Source: the human T2T-CHM13v2.0 reference genome, Homo sapiens. Taken from it: a stretch of DNA of 64,000 nt. Below the pieces are notes generated by a model that worked only from the letters and a program-made list of their open reading frames with translations, was not told where the DNA came from and ran no database searches. This document shows positions 28,148 through 43,754 of this stretch, piece after piece. The translations under genes and the position numbers were made by a program. Numbering within the stretch: the stretch's first letter is position 1; every line of letters begins with the position of its first letter. Where the stretch lies: NCBI RefSeq assembly GCF_009914755.1, contig NC_060930.1; one strand, 5' to 3'.

Positions 28148-29021
28148 TAGTGAAAATTAGAGATAAGCGTGTAAAGCATATAGCTCAGTGCTTAGCAGAA
28201 CAGGCATTCAATAAATGGTATCTAATACTATTATTCATTGTAGTCACAATAGACATTTCTGTCGTAGGCACAGATATAGACTTCTTCCCTCAAATTTATG
28301 CAGGATCAGAGAGAGAAAAGCCATGTACACAAACATAGGAAAATCAAGATAAAAAGTGACAGGTGCCATAAAATGCCAGTCATTCATGGGCCATGAAAAT
28401 TCAGAAGCAGGAACTAATATTTGACCGGGATTTTGAAAGATGACTCTGACTTGGTTCTGCGAGGGCTGAGGAGGAACATGGTAAGCTCCATGAGAACAGA
28501 AGGGAGATCCCGGGACATGTCAGTGCTGCCCTGATTCCAGAGCTTCACTGGAGGGTGCTGTGTGAAGAGACAGAATGTTGGGAGGAGCAGGGTTGTTAGA
28601 AGGTGACTTTGAACCAGAAATGACAGAGGATGAACTAGGAGCAGAGGCCCTGGGGAGGGTAGTCTCTGCACGGGAGCCAGCACGAGCAAAGACATAGGTA
28701 GATGTTGGAGGAAGAGGGCCACACGTTCCTAAGGGACAGAACATAAGTGTGCATCCCAGGTTTCTGTTAATGCATAGCAATCTAATTCAGCAAACGTGAA
28801 CATTTACACTTCATAAAACTTTTCAAAATCTTACAAGTTCCCGTCGATTTGTATGAAGCTTGCTATCACAGGGATCCTTTGTTTCCCTTTCAAGACTCAA
28901 AATGTACGTTTTAGATATTTTTATTTTGTGATGTAAAATCTATTTTTATAGTTTTGAACTAAGTTGGTCACTTTGAGTTCTTATTCTAAAACTAAGGAGG
29001 CATGAAAGCCGCCTTTATTAG

Positions 29022-29327
29022 TTTTGTTTTTGTTTTTGTTTTTGTTTTTGAGACAGAGTCTCACTCTGTTGCCTAGGCTGGAGTGCAATGGCTGGATCTT
29101 GGCTCATTGCAGCCTCTGCCTCCTGGGATCAAGCAATTCTACCTTAGCCTTCTGAGTAGCTAGGACCACAGGCATGTACCACCATGCCCGGCTAGTTTTT
29201 GTATTTTGAGTAGAGATGGGGTTTCACCTATGTTAGCCAGGCTGGTCTCAAACTCCTGGCCTCTTGTGATCCCCCCGCCTTGGCCTCTCAAAGTGCTGAG
29301 ATTACAGGCGTGAGTCACTGTACCCGG
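29022..29327 (-). mobile_element. Alu (AluJ/Sz)
   Basis: (TTTTTG)n tail, antisense dimer. Confidence 0.9.
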
Positions 29328-30003
29328 CGGAAAGGCTTTATTAAATAGCCATTTATTTCTAGTTAGCTTTTGTTCATTCAGTTTTCTTTCTTGGTAACTA
29401 CTTTAAATGAAACTGTTCTTCTTGGAAGTTTCTGGTTATTATTGTGGTCTTTTCTTTGCCTTAAAGCAAAACTAAATTAATGATCTCCAATAACTGAATT
29501 ATCTAGATTAAGATCGTTTTCAGTCCACGATTTTTCCTGTATTCACTCTTGTCTGTAGTTTAGCATTTGTATTAATATAACACTTTGTAAACGAGATGGA
29601 ATACCTTACTGATTTCACTCTGTAATAATGATGGGAAGAGAAAATTACAGTTCCAAGGTATCAGTTTGTTTTACAGTCTGTCTGCAAGCTTTTCTGACTT
29701 TTCAGTTTTTGTGTAAATTGGATTTGAATTGAATGCATAAGAACTGTAATTAAGATTCCTAATAATTTTCTTTGTGAGATAGTTTTACAGCAGGACTATG
29801 TTTGGACCAAGAGAAAGGGCAAGGACTTATTTGTTGAAAAGGATTTTACTTACAACCTAAATTTCTGAATATCCGAAGAATAACAAAATGAGAGGATATG
29901 TGGGGGGCAGATGAACAGACAAATAAAAGCATCTCACAGTATCTCGGGATGAAACTGTTGCATCTCTACAAGATGTTCCTATTCTTGTGCGTTATTACCT
30001 GGC

Positions 30004-30140
30004 CCAGGTGTTGGCACACTTGTTCTCTAAAAGGCCATGTAGTGAATATTTTAGGCTTTGCAGGCCATAACTACTCCACCTTGCCATTGCATGGAGAAGA
30101 CAGCCATAGACGATGCCTAAGAGTGTGTGTGTGGGTGTGG
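30004..30140 (+). mobile_element. MER58A-like fragment
   Basis: caggtgttggcacact...aaaggccatgtagtgaatattttaggctttgcaggcca. Confidence 0.65.
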
Positions 30141-31004
30141 CTGTGACTGTCCCCTGGTCTGTTGCCACAACAATGAGTCTAGGTGGGACTGGGAAGGTTG
30201 GGTTCTGTCCTTGTTCAGCTGTCAGTGGGACCTGCCCAGCTGTATGTTCTATATTCTGGAGCCTGTATATTCACCCGTGGTTTTTTCCTTAGTTAAGAAA
30301 TGTTTTCCCAGCCTGCATTATGCTTACATATCTATTAATATTTCCTTTCTCCATTATCATGAGTTGTTTATACAAATGAATAGATATAAGTTGGTTAATA
30401 GGTTAACTTTCTAGTTTACAAGTAGTTTAAACAGAAGTAGAAATGAGTCGTTTCTTACAACACTTTGTGAACCCGGGGCTGGGAGTCTGAGACTCCATGG
30501 GCCGTCCTGTCTGCCCTTCTGTTTTCACTTCATGATCTGGCTTCAGGTGGCACAGTGTTAAAGTGTGTCACACCATGTCGAGTTTGATGTTAGAAACTTA
30601 ACGTTCTATACCGTCATATGAAAACATAAGAAGGGATCGTTTCCAAATTATACATTTTAATGAATTTTCGTGAAATTTAACGTGGGTAAATTATGGTTTT
30701 AGAGTTAGCAATTCATAGAGTGATACTTCCTGTGAACAGAATCATACATTGGGACTATGCTCAGGTAAAGAAGTTTAATACAGTTTTTCACTAATTTGTT
30801 TCTTAGATTAAATTGGAATAATGGCTAAGATGTGTTTTATTTTAAATTTTCACTTGAAATATTTGAGAATAATCATAAAACATTGGGCTCTAAAGATTGT
30901 ACTAACTTAGTAGACATGATTTTAGGCAAATCGCTTCTCAACACAGCTTTAAATATGAGTTGGTTTATGAAGTATAAAGTAATACTTTACAGCAACAGTT
31001 TTTT

Positions 31005-32055
<1,051 letters not shown>

Positions 32056-32119
32056 TAAAATAACTTAAGACTACTCACATTCTGACACTTAATTATTTTC
32101 TTTCTTTTGAACAACAAAG

Positions 32120-32194
32120 CTTGATGACCTCACACAAGATCTGACTGTATCCCAGCTCAGTGATGTTGCGGATTATCTGGAAGATGTTGCATAG
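32120..32194 (+). CDS. CEP43: CEP43 terminal exon 13, coding part (LDDLTQDLTVSQLSDVADYLEDVA*)
   Basis: caacaaag|CTTGAT ... GCA TAG; phase 0; matches recalled FOP C-terminus. Confidence 0.95.
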   Translation, partial: LDDLTQDLTVSQLSDVADYLEDVA

Positions 32195-32771
32195 ACACGA
32201 AGAAGGAAGTATTCTAATTAACAAGGACAGAGGACTGACCGGTTCCATTTTTTTTTTTTTCCAGACAATCACTCAGCTGGAATGTCTGCTCTCTATTGGT
32301 GCCTTGCATTTCAAAAACACTGCAGATATTTTTTAAAAGTAATTTTCATTTTACTAAACAAAATACTTCCTATTTGAGCCCATGTGTGGAAGATTTAATA
32401 TTCTTAATTTAACTGTACATTTCTTTATGGAAATTGATTATCTACACTCAGTTTCATTACAGGGAAGGAACCCATGAAAACATCAGTGTTAAGAGCATGA
32501 TGAAAGGTGTCAATAAAGCCGTAGGATCGCGCAACCCTTTGTGTGTGTGGCTGCTGGTACGTGTGATCTTTGAAAACCTTGGCTTTAGCCCTCTGGAATC
32601 AGAGCTTACCCACCATAGTATATTTTGATATTAGGTGGTTCTACACATAGTTGGCAAAATGACTTGGTAAATTTGTAATGCTGAAGTATATTAGTATAAG
32701 TTAAATTTGATGTGTCAACTTTATTTTGTATTTCCTTCCATTTGGAAGGTTTGTTAGACCATTAAGGTTAT

Positions 32772-32777
32772 ATTAAA
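32772..32777 (+). terminator. candidate proximal poly(A) signal ATTAAA (another AATAAA at 32512-32517)
   Basis: ATTAAA followed by GU-rich ctcttgtgtgtgctatttagttttgcttgtttt. Confidence 0.55.
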
Positions 32778-34048
32778 GTACTCTTGTGTGTGCTATTTAG
32801 TTTTGCTTGTTTTAAAGAAATCTAGAAGTGGTTATGAGTTTTAATTCATAGAATTGTCAATAACATAACATTTGCAATCGTCATTCCTCCTGTTATCCAT
32901 GTAAGCAGCTTTAGTCGTAGGTTCTCTTCATTATAATTTATTATCTGTAAAGATTCCTTGAAACTTATTCAGTACCAAAATGCATCTGAAACCATTAAGC
33001 AGTGCTTTTATTTCAGATCTGTAAGTTAATTGTATTAAAATCCAAATTGGAATGAAATAGTAGTAATGGCCTAAGACCATGTTCAGTTTGACAAGCTTTA
33101 TATACTGTACATAATTTCATTGTAACCCTTAAAAATAGAGCCAATAATAGAATTTCCACAGTCTCATTTATACAGTTAAAGCATTATTGCTATTATGTAG
33201 GTCACGGATGTTTATAATACTAAAGTATTTTAAAATGTGCAAGTAGAAAAAACAGTAGAAAGTGATGCATGCATATTTATATATAAGTAAAGCAGGATTG
33301 TGCTGTTTTTGCACTTTATAATTTCAATTAAGTTGCGGCTTTTTACTACAAGTTAACTTTATTAGTAAAAGGAGCAAATTAGACCTAATTCATTGATCTC
33401 GGTTAAGTGAGCAGACTGCATGACTTGTGTAATGCCAGTTTCTCATTTCATATTAGCCTAAATATTACAGAAATTACTCCTTGGGCTCTAAAATGTAGAG
33501 GAAATGAAAATGTAAGGATTAAGGCTGTGTAACAGAATCTGGCTTTTTAAAATTTAAGTGAAACTAAGCTGTAAACATCAAGAGGAAGTAGGACATAAAC
33601 TGGGCCGGTACAGCCTGGGAGCCCTGTGTATTTCTGCCCTCCGTCTGTGAGCTGCTATCTCAGTCTCCTTCAGCTCTTCATGTCTTAGTAAACAGCACCA
33701 CGTGCAGATGTAATCTTGTTGCAGTCCCCCAGTGTGGTTGTTATAAAATGCATTTCTTTGTAAGTCATCTCTGTAAACAGTCACTTTCTAAAAGCACTAT
33801 AGTTCTGGTCCCCTGGAATCTGGATCACATGTATGATTTATTTTTAATATTTGATAGGAACTAGGTTTCAGTGAAATGATTTGAAAGCATAGCAGGATGT
33901 GGCTTTTTAAATTTATGAAACTTTCGAACAGTAGCAACTGAAATTTGTCACTTTTCTGTTACGCAGAGAATCAGACCTTTTGATAATATTTGGGAGGGTA
34001 AAAGAAATATGCCAAATATGAAACTTTTTTGTCAGCACTACATACATC

Positions 34049-34344
34049 TTTTTTTTGCGGGGGGCGGGGGGGACAGAGTCTCACTGTGTCACTCAGACTG
34101 GAGTACAGTGATGCGATCTCGGCTCACTGCAACCTCCGCCTCCTGGGTTCAAGCGATTCTCCTGCTTCAGCCTCCTGAGTAGCTGGGATTACAGGTGCAC
34201 ACCACCACGCCCGGCTAATTTTTGTATTTTTAGTAGAGATGGGGTTTCACCATGTTGGTCAGGCTGGTCTTGAACTCCTGACCTCGTTCCTGCCTTAGCC
34301 TCCTAAAGTGCCGGGATTACAGGCGTGAACCACCGCACCTGGCC
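34049..34344 (-). mobile_element. Alu (AluS) in 3' UTR
   Basis: antisense dimer; TSD-like cag(c/t)actacat(a/c)cat. Confidence 0.92.
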
Positions 34345-34616
34345 AGTACTACATCCATTTTATTGAATGATTTTGAATGACTTAAAGTTCAACTATGAAA
34401 AAGCTTTCTTTTCACATGTACTTTTTGATTAGGTATTATCAACTTATGAAACTTGAAGATGTGAAGTGACAGGTTTTGCATGTGATGAGTGTTTTCTGTT
34501 AAAAAATAAATATTGAAATATTAACCCATTAAATACATTTTTATGGTAACCTATGTTTTACAGTGGAGTTTTAAAAATGCTAGGTCTTTCTTTCATTTTA
34601 TTGATAACTACAAATG

Positions 34617-34622
34617 AATAAA
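34617..34622 (+). terminator. candidate poly(A) signal AATAAA (another at 34505-34510)
   Basis: AATAAA followed by U/GU-rich ttctctttgttgatattcggttgtgctttt; composition becomes less AT-rich beyond it. Confidence 0.6.
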
Positions 34623-35038
34623 AAGCATTTATTCTCTTTGTTGATATTCGGTTGTGCTTTTATACTTTATGTTGGATAACAACCTGTGGGCAGTTGTGTA
34701 GATGCCATTAGTCCCTGCCTCATGCTTGCCCACAGCTCTTCCTCCCCTCCTTACTTCCCTCTCCTGCCCATGCACTAGAGCTGTGCCAGCCCACTGCTGC
34801 ACAGCCTCTGCACCTGAGCTTGCCAAAGCCCTTCCTGTCTCAAGGTGTGATATTTGCCCCTCCTTGTCTGGAATGTCCTTCCCCTAGAACTGCATGAAGC
34901 TGGTTTATTTCAGTCTCATGTTCAAAGACGCTTCCAGACCTAAGGGAGATGTCCATTCTCCTCCCTGTCCCTGCCCCACCACTTGCATTTACCCCTTTTA
35001 TTTTATTCATCTCAGCATACTCTGAAATGGTCTTGCTT

Positions 35039-35042
<4 letters not shown>

Positions 35043-35076
<34 letters not shown>
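35043..35076. repeat. (TG)17 microsatellite
   Basis: read directly. Confidence 0.97.
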
Positions 35077-35079
<3 letters not shown>

Positions 35080-35613
35080 AACTATGAGCTCGTGAGAACA
35101 GGGATTTTCTTTTAAACTGCTGTGTACCTGGCACAACATTTGTCCCCTAGTATGAGCTTGGCATCTTTGGGGCTGTAAACAGGCTTGAGCACTGACATGG
35201 GGCCTGGAGAATGTGGTTTCTGGCTAGGCAGCTGGAACATTCTACAAAATCTGAGGGGAAAGCTGTCCTTACCCTAAACCTGGGGAGGTCCCTAGGTTCA
35301 AGTCTGCAGGAAGGGGATCTGGTTCAGGAGAAGGCCGTCCTGTGAATTTGCCCCACCCACCAAGCTCAGCTGGAGCAGGGCCTCTGAAGGAGGTGCCCTC
35401 TGTGTGGCTCTGCTGTGGTGTTGGTTCATGAAGGACATGGGAGGGGGGCAGGACAGGAGAGGCAGCTCTTCCTGGAGAAAAACACACCCAGCCCAAGTTG
35501 GAGCCCTCCTGTGGCATTGGGTGGGGAGGATTCCCGCCATCAGTTCTCTGTCCATGGGTGCTAGTCTCACCCCTGCCCTCCGAGCAGTCCGTGCTCCCAG
35601 TGTCCCTGTTCTC

Positions 35614-35921
<308 letters not shown>

Positions 35922-36134
35922 TAGTCTTCCTGCTCTAGGAAGGGACGTGTTTGGGGAGGAAATCCAGGGCAGCTACCTTTGTGAGTTGTCCTAATGCTGC
36001 GTTCAGAGTTCCACACGTTCAACAAGCATCTGACATTTAAGGAAAGTGAATGTATGTCATGAAAGACAGATGAACAAAGAACTGATCTTGAAGAAAATGT
36101 AATCAGGAAACGAGATAATTCAAGAACAAAAACC

Positions 36135-36451
36135 TGTGAAGGACTGAATGTGTCCCCCAAAATGTGTATGTCGAAACCTAATCCCACATAGGATGGAATT
36201 AGGTAGGGCCTCTGGAAGTTGATGAGATCATTAGCGCCCTTATAGGAGGCCCGGGAGAGCTGCTTTGCCCCTTCCAGCGTGTGAGGACACAGTGAGGAGG
36301 TGTTGCCTATGAGGAAACAGGCCCTCCCAGATGGTGAACCTGCCGGTACCTTGATCTTGGACTTAAGCCATCTGAGCTGTGAGCCCTACACTTCCATTCT
36401 TTATAAATTATCCAGTCCAAGGTACTTTAGGAACCTGAATGGATTAAGACA
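36135..36451 (+). mobile_element. MaLR LTR, MLT1A-like
   Basis: ggactgaatgtgtcccccaaaatgtgtatgtcgaaacctaatccc...gattaagaca. Confidence 0.85.
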
Positions 36452-37320
36452 AACCTGATTATGCCACTCCGAGATTTGAGGTAACATTTGAATCTAAAAG
36501 AGGCTATATGAAAGAGGTTATAATAAAAATGATTTTTGACTAAAAAATTGTTGGCCTAAGATAATTCAGTAGCAGGGCTGAATAATGGGATGACTCAAAA
36601 TCAGTAAGCTCAAAGGCAATTTCAAAGAAATCTTTATGTTTAGCAAGAAGACCAAGATGACAAGATGCGCCAGGAGACTTGGCCAGAGGACCTCCAGGCT
36701 GACAAAGTTTCCCCGAGGAAGTCAGATTGGAAAAGTGTCCTCAGGTTCAAGGAAACCTGGGTGTGCACCGGGTGAATGAGAGTGGCAGACAGAAGGAAAC
36801 AGCAAGGCCTCTGAGGTAGGAGGGACAGCGTTTTTGAATGTGAAATTTATTCCCTGATACATGTTTTTAAAAATGAATCTTGCTGCCCTTAGAAAATGAA
36901 CCCCCGAACAAGGTAAGGTCGAGCTGGCCCCTCGTGTCATCCGACTTTGCGTTGTGGCCCTGCCTGCAGAAACGTGTGCTCTGCTACAGCCCTGGGAGGA
37001 GGGGCCGGGCTCCCAACTCCTGCCCCGCTTCTAGCACATGCTGTGCTTGGCCACTTCTCTGCCTCTTAGTTTAACAGCAGCACTGGGCAAGGTTTGCCCT
37101 CTGCACACCAGACCGGCTTCCCAAGAACCGGGGAAGAGGAGAGGGCATGCCTGGGGCCTGAGCTTAGTGGGCCGGGTGGAGGCAGGAGGTACTGCATGGA
37201 GGAGCATGGACAGTGGCATGCAGGAGGCCAGTCATTCTGCGGTTTTAGCTGGAGGTTTGTTTTTGGTAGTTTGTAGAATCATCAGATTTGATGATGAAAC
37301 TTTTTTTCCATAAATGTTAA

Positions 37321-37666
<346 letters not shown>

Positions 37667-37693
37667 CTGTATTTTCTTTAAAAACCAATTTTG

Positions 37694-38053
<360 letters not shown>

Positions 38054-38537
38054 TCATACTTTGTTTGAAATCCTTTGTGGTTTCTAAAGCACTAGTAGCT
38101 TTCTGAAAGGAAAATTTTTAATGAATGAAGCATGCTTCATCCTGCACATCCCCTCCTGCCCCAGCACCCCTACTGCCCATGCGCCTCTCCTGCCCCAGCA
38201 CCCCTACTGCCCCAGTGCCAGGCCTTTTCTAGCAGCTCTCATGGGTTCATCCCTGCTGCGGGCATTGCTCCACCAAGGGGCAGTGCTCTCCCTGCCGGTA
38301 AGTGTTGGAACTTCACGTTTCCCTCTAGTTTTCTCTTTACATTTTAACATATACTATTATGTGTCAATATATTAATTATATATTAATTACATTTATAGAG
38401 GTTAGGTATATATGGCAGATCATATCTGAGCGTGAATTACATTCTCCAAATTTTTATTTGTCATGATTTATTGCAGGGTTCACTTATTTGATCTACCCCA
38501 ACTTAACACACATTTCCAAGAAAATATCCATCACACT

Positions 38538-38665
38538 AGAAAGAAAGAAAGAGGAAGGAAGGAAGGGAGGGAGGGAGAGAAGGAGAAAGGAAGAAAGGGA
38601 AGGAAAATGGAATGGAGGAAGGGAAAAATGGAAGGAGGAAGGAAGGAAGGGAAAGAATGAAGAAA
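38538..38665. repeat. polypurine (GGAA/GAAA)n low-complexity tract
   Basis: read directly. Confidence 0.9.
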
Positions 38666-40338
38666 GCCATTTGTTCCTGCAAACCTAAACCTCTTTGTAG
38701 TAAGTTCTGGCAGAAGGTGTGTTTCTGGAGTTAAACTACAGGCTTGGAAATGGAATTTCTTAGCCTAATTTCTAAATTAGAACTGCTTATGCAAATTAAC
38801 ACTCCGTACATTTCAACAAGCAGTTGGCTGATTTCTTCTGTCCACTCCACCTGCAGATGCAGAGGTGGCCCCATCCTGTGATGTGCCACCACATCCCTTT
38901 TCAGTGAAGGGCTTTGTTGGCTGCTGTGGGCATTCTCATGGCCTCTCCAGGGATGGCCTCCACTGTAGAGACCTATGTCACCAAGGCCAGGCCCTCTCAG
39001 GGGGCTCCATCCAACGACCATTCTGCCTCAGGGTAAGAGGCCCGGCCCTCTCAGCCTGAGTCCATTCTGGCTCCAGAGCTCCCTGAGAGCTTGCCTGGCA
39101 AGTTACTCTTGCAATTCTAGCTTCCAGCAGGCGTTGATTTCTGGGGCACTTTTGATAAACTCCTGGCAGGAAACTCAATCTCTGGGGGTCAGAGTCCACT
39201 TCCTGGGGAGCCCAATCTGTGACCCCTAGGAGTGGGGACCATGGAAGCACTTGGCTCTCCAGCATGTGCTGAATAGGGGGCGCTGCCTGCAGTGTCCACG
39301 TGGAAACCTGGCTGGGAGAATGCCTGTGTGCTCTGCATGGGGATGTAAAGGTGTGAGCAAACCTTCTTCAGAGAGGGGATGTTCAATGCGAAATTTGAAC
39401 ATTGGGACCTGAAAAACTGATGGGCTGATGGGGTCTGCCCATGATTGGCAGCCTTCATAGAATCACGAGGGAAGAGCACAGGCCACCCTAGACAGGAGGG
39501 GTCCCCTACTGACAGGGAGGTGCTGTCGGGGCAGCAGGCACGTGCAGGAAAACGGAAAAGCAGAGTAATTGAATGTAAATCATGCAACTCCACTACAGTG
39601 GCTAGAAGCCTGGATGGGCAACTTGGCTGAGTGATGTTGGGCAAGTATTCTCAGTTTTCTCATCTGTAAAGGGGATTAAATACTTCCTTCCCTTACAGGG
39701 CTGCCCTGGTCTTAAGTAATGCCCACAGAGAGCTTAGCATTGTTCTTGGCAAGTCACTAGTACTCAGTAAATACTATTTTTATTAAGAAGGTAAGATTCA
39801 CAGGACTTAGTGTCTTAACTAGATGTTGAGAGTAAGGAGAAGAGAGAATACTTCTCGGATGATTGTTCAGTTTCTGATGAATGTCTGTTCCCCTTTCAAA
39901 ACCTAATTCAGATGTCACTTCCTCCTCAAAGCTCTCGCCCCGCGCCGAGCTACTGTGATGTATTTTTATGACCTGGCAGCTTTTTTCTCATATCCCTGTT
40001 AGCGGTATGTGGTAAGAACATGAGACACAGAATCAGAAACCATGGATTTCTGGTCTTGACTCCACTACCACTCAGAGGAACCTCACGGTGGATGCCGTAA
40101 GTGTTTACACTGAAAAGGATTTTCACGAAAACCTGCATTTTCATTTCGTTCACAAGAGAATTATGAGACTAGAAAAACAACAATTCTTAGTATACCACAG
40201 ACTGTGGTGCCTAGGAATAACAGACAAGCTTTAACTCACACAATGAGCATCTTTATTTAGCTCTGCTTTTAGATATCTGCATGATAAAGATGAGTGATCC
40301 AATGTTAGAAATCATCTGGACATTAAAACTGAATTGTA

Positions 40339-40775
40339 GGCAGGCGTGGTGGCTCACACCTGTAATCCCAGCACTTACGGAGACCGAGGCGGGCAGATTG
40401 CTTGAGCTCAGGAGTTTGAGACTAGCCTGGGCAACATAGTAAGACCCCTATCTCTACAAAAAATATAAAAATTAGCTAGGCATCGTGGCCTGTGCCTGTA
40501 GTCCTAGCTATTGAGGAAACTGATGCAGGAGGATCATTTGAGCTCAGGAGTTTGAGACCATTCTGGGCAATACGGTGAAACCCTGTCTCTACAAAAAAAT
40601 GCAAAGATTAGCTAGGCATGATGGCACATGCCTGTGGTCCCAGCTACTCGGGAGGCTGAGGCAGGAGGATTGCAGGAGGTTTGCTTGAGCCGGGGAGGTC
40701 GAGGCTGCAGTGAACTGAGATTGCATCACTGCACTACAGCCTGGGTGACAGAGTAAGACCCTATCTCAAAAAAAA
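40339..40775 (+). mobile_element. AluJ-like element with an internal duplication (three-arm)
   Basis: ttgagctcaggagtttgagac occurs twice; TSD-like aact(g)aattgta. Confidence 0.85.
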
Positions 40776-40789
40776 GAACTAATTGTAAC

Positions 40790-41515
40790 AAACTATCTTT
40801 CAAATTATATCAAAACAGTGATTCATAAATTCCATGTTGCCCAGAGATCATGAGGAGCTCTTCTATGATTTGACAGTGCAATTACTGAAGGGGAAGACAC
40901 CATGCAAATACATGGTAAAAATATTCAAATTATTACTGATTTGACACAAAATATTGATGTAAATAACATAAAACTGTAATATGCCATTATGATGACATTA
41001 ATGAAAAATTGGTTAATGAATGTCATTGAAAGAGCATGTACATCACTAAATGTTCTTAGTCACTGAAAGTGTGAAATAGCCTCTAAACTCATATGTGGAA
41101 AAAGAACTTGAAAAAGGTTTCCAGAAATGTGACAATTCTAGTACTTTCATGACATTTTAAAAAAGGGATTGTAAAGACTGATGAAACCCTTAAAACCTCT
41201 CAAGAATTAAAAATCATTTTTGATCAACAGAGTAAACTGATTTTTTATCTCTGTTGAAAGATATTTTTAAAATCATTGTCCTATGGAAAAGTCATATAGA
41301 ACGTTTGCTGTTTAATGTAGCACAGATGTATCAAAAAGCCATGCCAGGCAGTTATAGATATCTTAGTTTTCTGGATTTTGTGACGTTTGTGGTATTTGTC
41401 AGATTTTTAAAATTTGTGATTTGTTGGGATTTGTTCCTCATTCACAGGTAATTTTATATACTTTTGTATTCACTTTCGAAAAGAAGGCAACTCTAAATTT
41501 TATGAACTTCAAGTG
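40790..41515 (+). mobile_element. old hAT DNA transposon remnant (Zaphod/Tip100-like)
   Basis: degenerate resemblance to a hAT dimerisation-domain region and gtttgtggtatttgtcag...aatttgtgatttgttg 3' end; from recall only. Confidence 0.45.
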
Positions 41516-42250
41516 CTATAAAACAATTACCACAGTAAATTTTGAAAAATTCACCCCAAAAAGAAACCTTGTATCCATTGGCAGTAACTCCCTATGCTCC
41601 GCCATTCCTCTCAGCTCCCTGTCTGGCAACCACTTCCTGTCTCTTCAGAGTTGCCTCTTCTGGACATTACATATAAACGGAATTATACACTATGTGGCCT
41701 TTTATGACTGGCTTCTTTCACTTAGCATAATGTTTTCAAGAGTCATCTGTGTTGTAGCATTTGTCAGTACTTCATTTATTTTTGTTTCCTAACAATACTC
41801 CATTGTAGGGATTGACCACACTTTATCCATTCATTGGTTGATGGACATTTGGGTTGTTTCCACTTTTTCTGCTGTTGTGAATAACAGTGCTAAGCACATT
41901 CATATGCAGTGTTTGTGTAGATATATAATATGCTTTATTTTCTCTTGAGTACATAAAAGTGGAGCCTCTGAGTAATATAATAACTCTATGTTTGGTGTTT
42001 TGAAGAATTGCTAAATTGTTTTCCAAAGCAGCTGCACCATTTTATATCCCTACCAGCAATGCATGAAGCTTCCAGTTTCTCCACATCATCACGAATACTC
42101 CTTATTCTCTCTCTTTTTAGATATAGACATTCTGGCAGGTGTGACATTGTATCTCTTGTGGTTTAGATTTGCATTTGGAGCATGTCTTATGTGCACTTAA
42201 AAATATTAATATCTATTCTGCTGTTGTTGGGTAAACTGTTCTATAGATGT

Positions 42251-42624
42251 TGATATGGCTTCGCTGTGTCCCCACTCAAAATCTCATCTTGACTTGTAAT
42301 CCCCATAATCTCCATGTGTCAAGGGTGGGACCAGGTGGAGGTAATTGGATCATGAGGGTGGTTTTCCCTACTCTGTTTTCATGATAGTGAGTCTCACAAG
42401 GTCTGATGGTTTTATAAGCATCTGGCATTTCCCCTGCTTGCACTCAGGCTGTCCTGCCACACTGTGAAGAAGGTGCCTTGCTTCTCCTTTGCCTTCTGCC
42501 ATGAGTGTAAGTTTCATGAGGCCTCCCCAGCCATGCTGAACTGTGAGTCAATTAAACCTCTTTCCTTTATAAATTACCAAGCTGCGGCTATTTCTTCATA
42601 GCAGTGTGAGAACGGACTAATACA
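42251..42624 (+). mobile_element. THE1 (THE1C/D-like) solo LTR
   Basis: TGATATGGCTTCGCTGTGTCCCCAC...GACTAATACA; flanks gatgt/ggtgt. Confidence 0.9.
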
Positions 42625-42721
42625 GGTGTTTTTTAGGTCTCGTTATTGTGTCATTCACGTCTTTTATTTCCTTGTTGATCTTACTCTTAGTTGTTCTATC
42701 CATCATTGAAAATGGGGCATT

Positions 42722-43754
<1,033 letters not shown>

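Larger units (their letters stand above)
32195..34645 (+). other. CEP43: CEP43 proximal 3' UTR (AT-rich, contains an antisense Alu)
   Basis: follows the stop codon; several AATAAA/ATTAAA signals with downstream U/GU-rich tracts. Confidence 0.75.

Noticed and set aside
39189-39644. Longest ORF in the track (151 aa) as a novel gene
   Set aside because: No recognisable domain, overlapping ORFs in other frames, moderately GC-rich DNA where such lengths occur by chance
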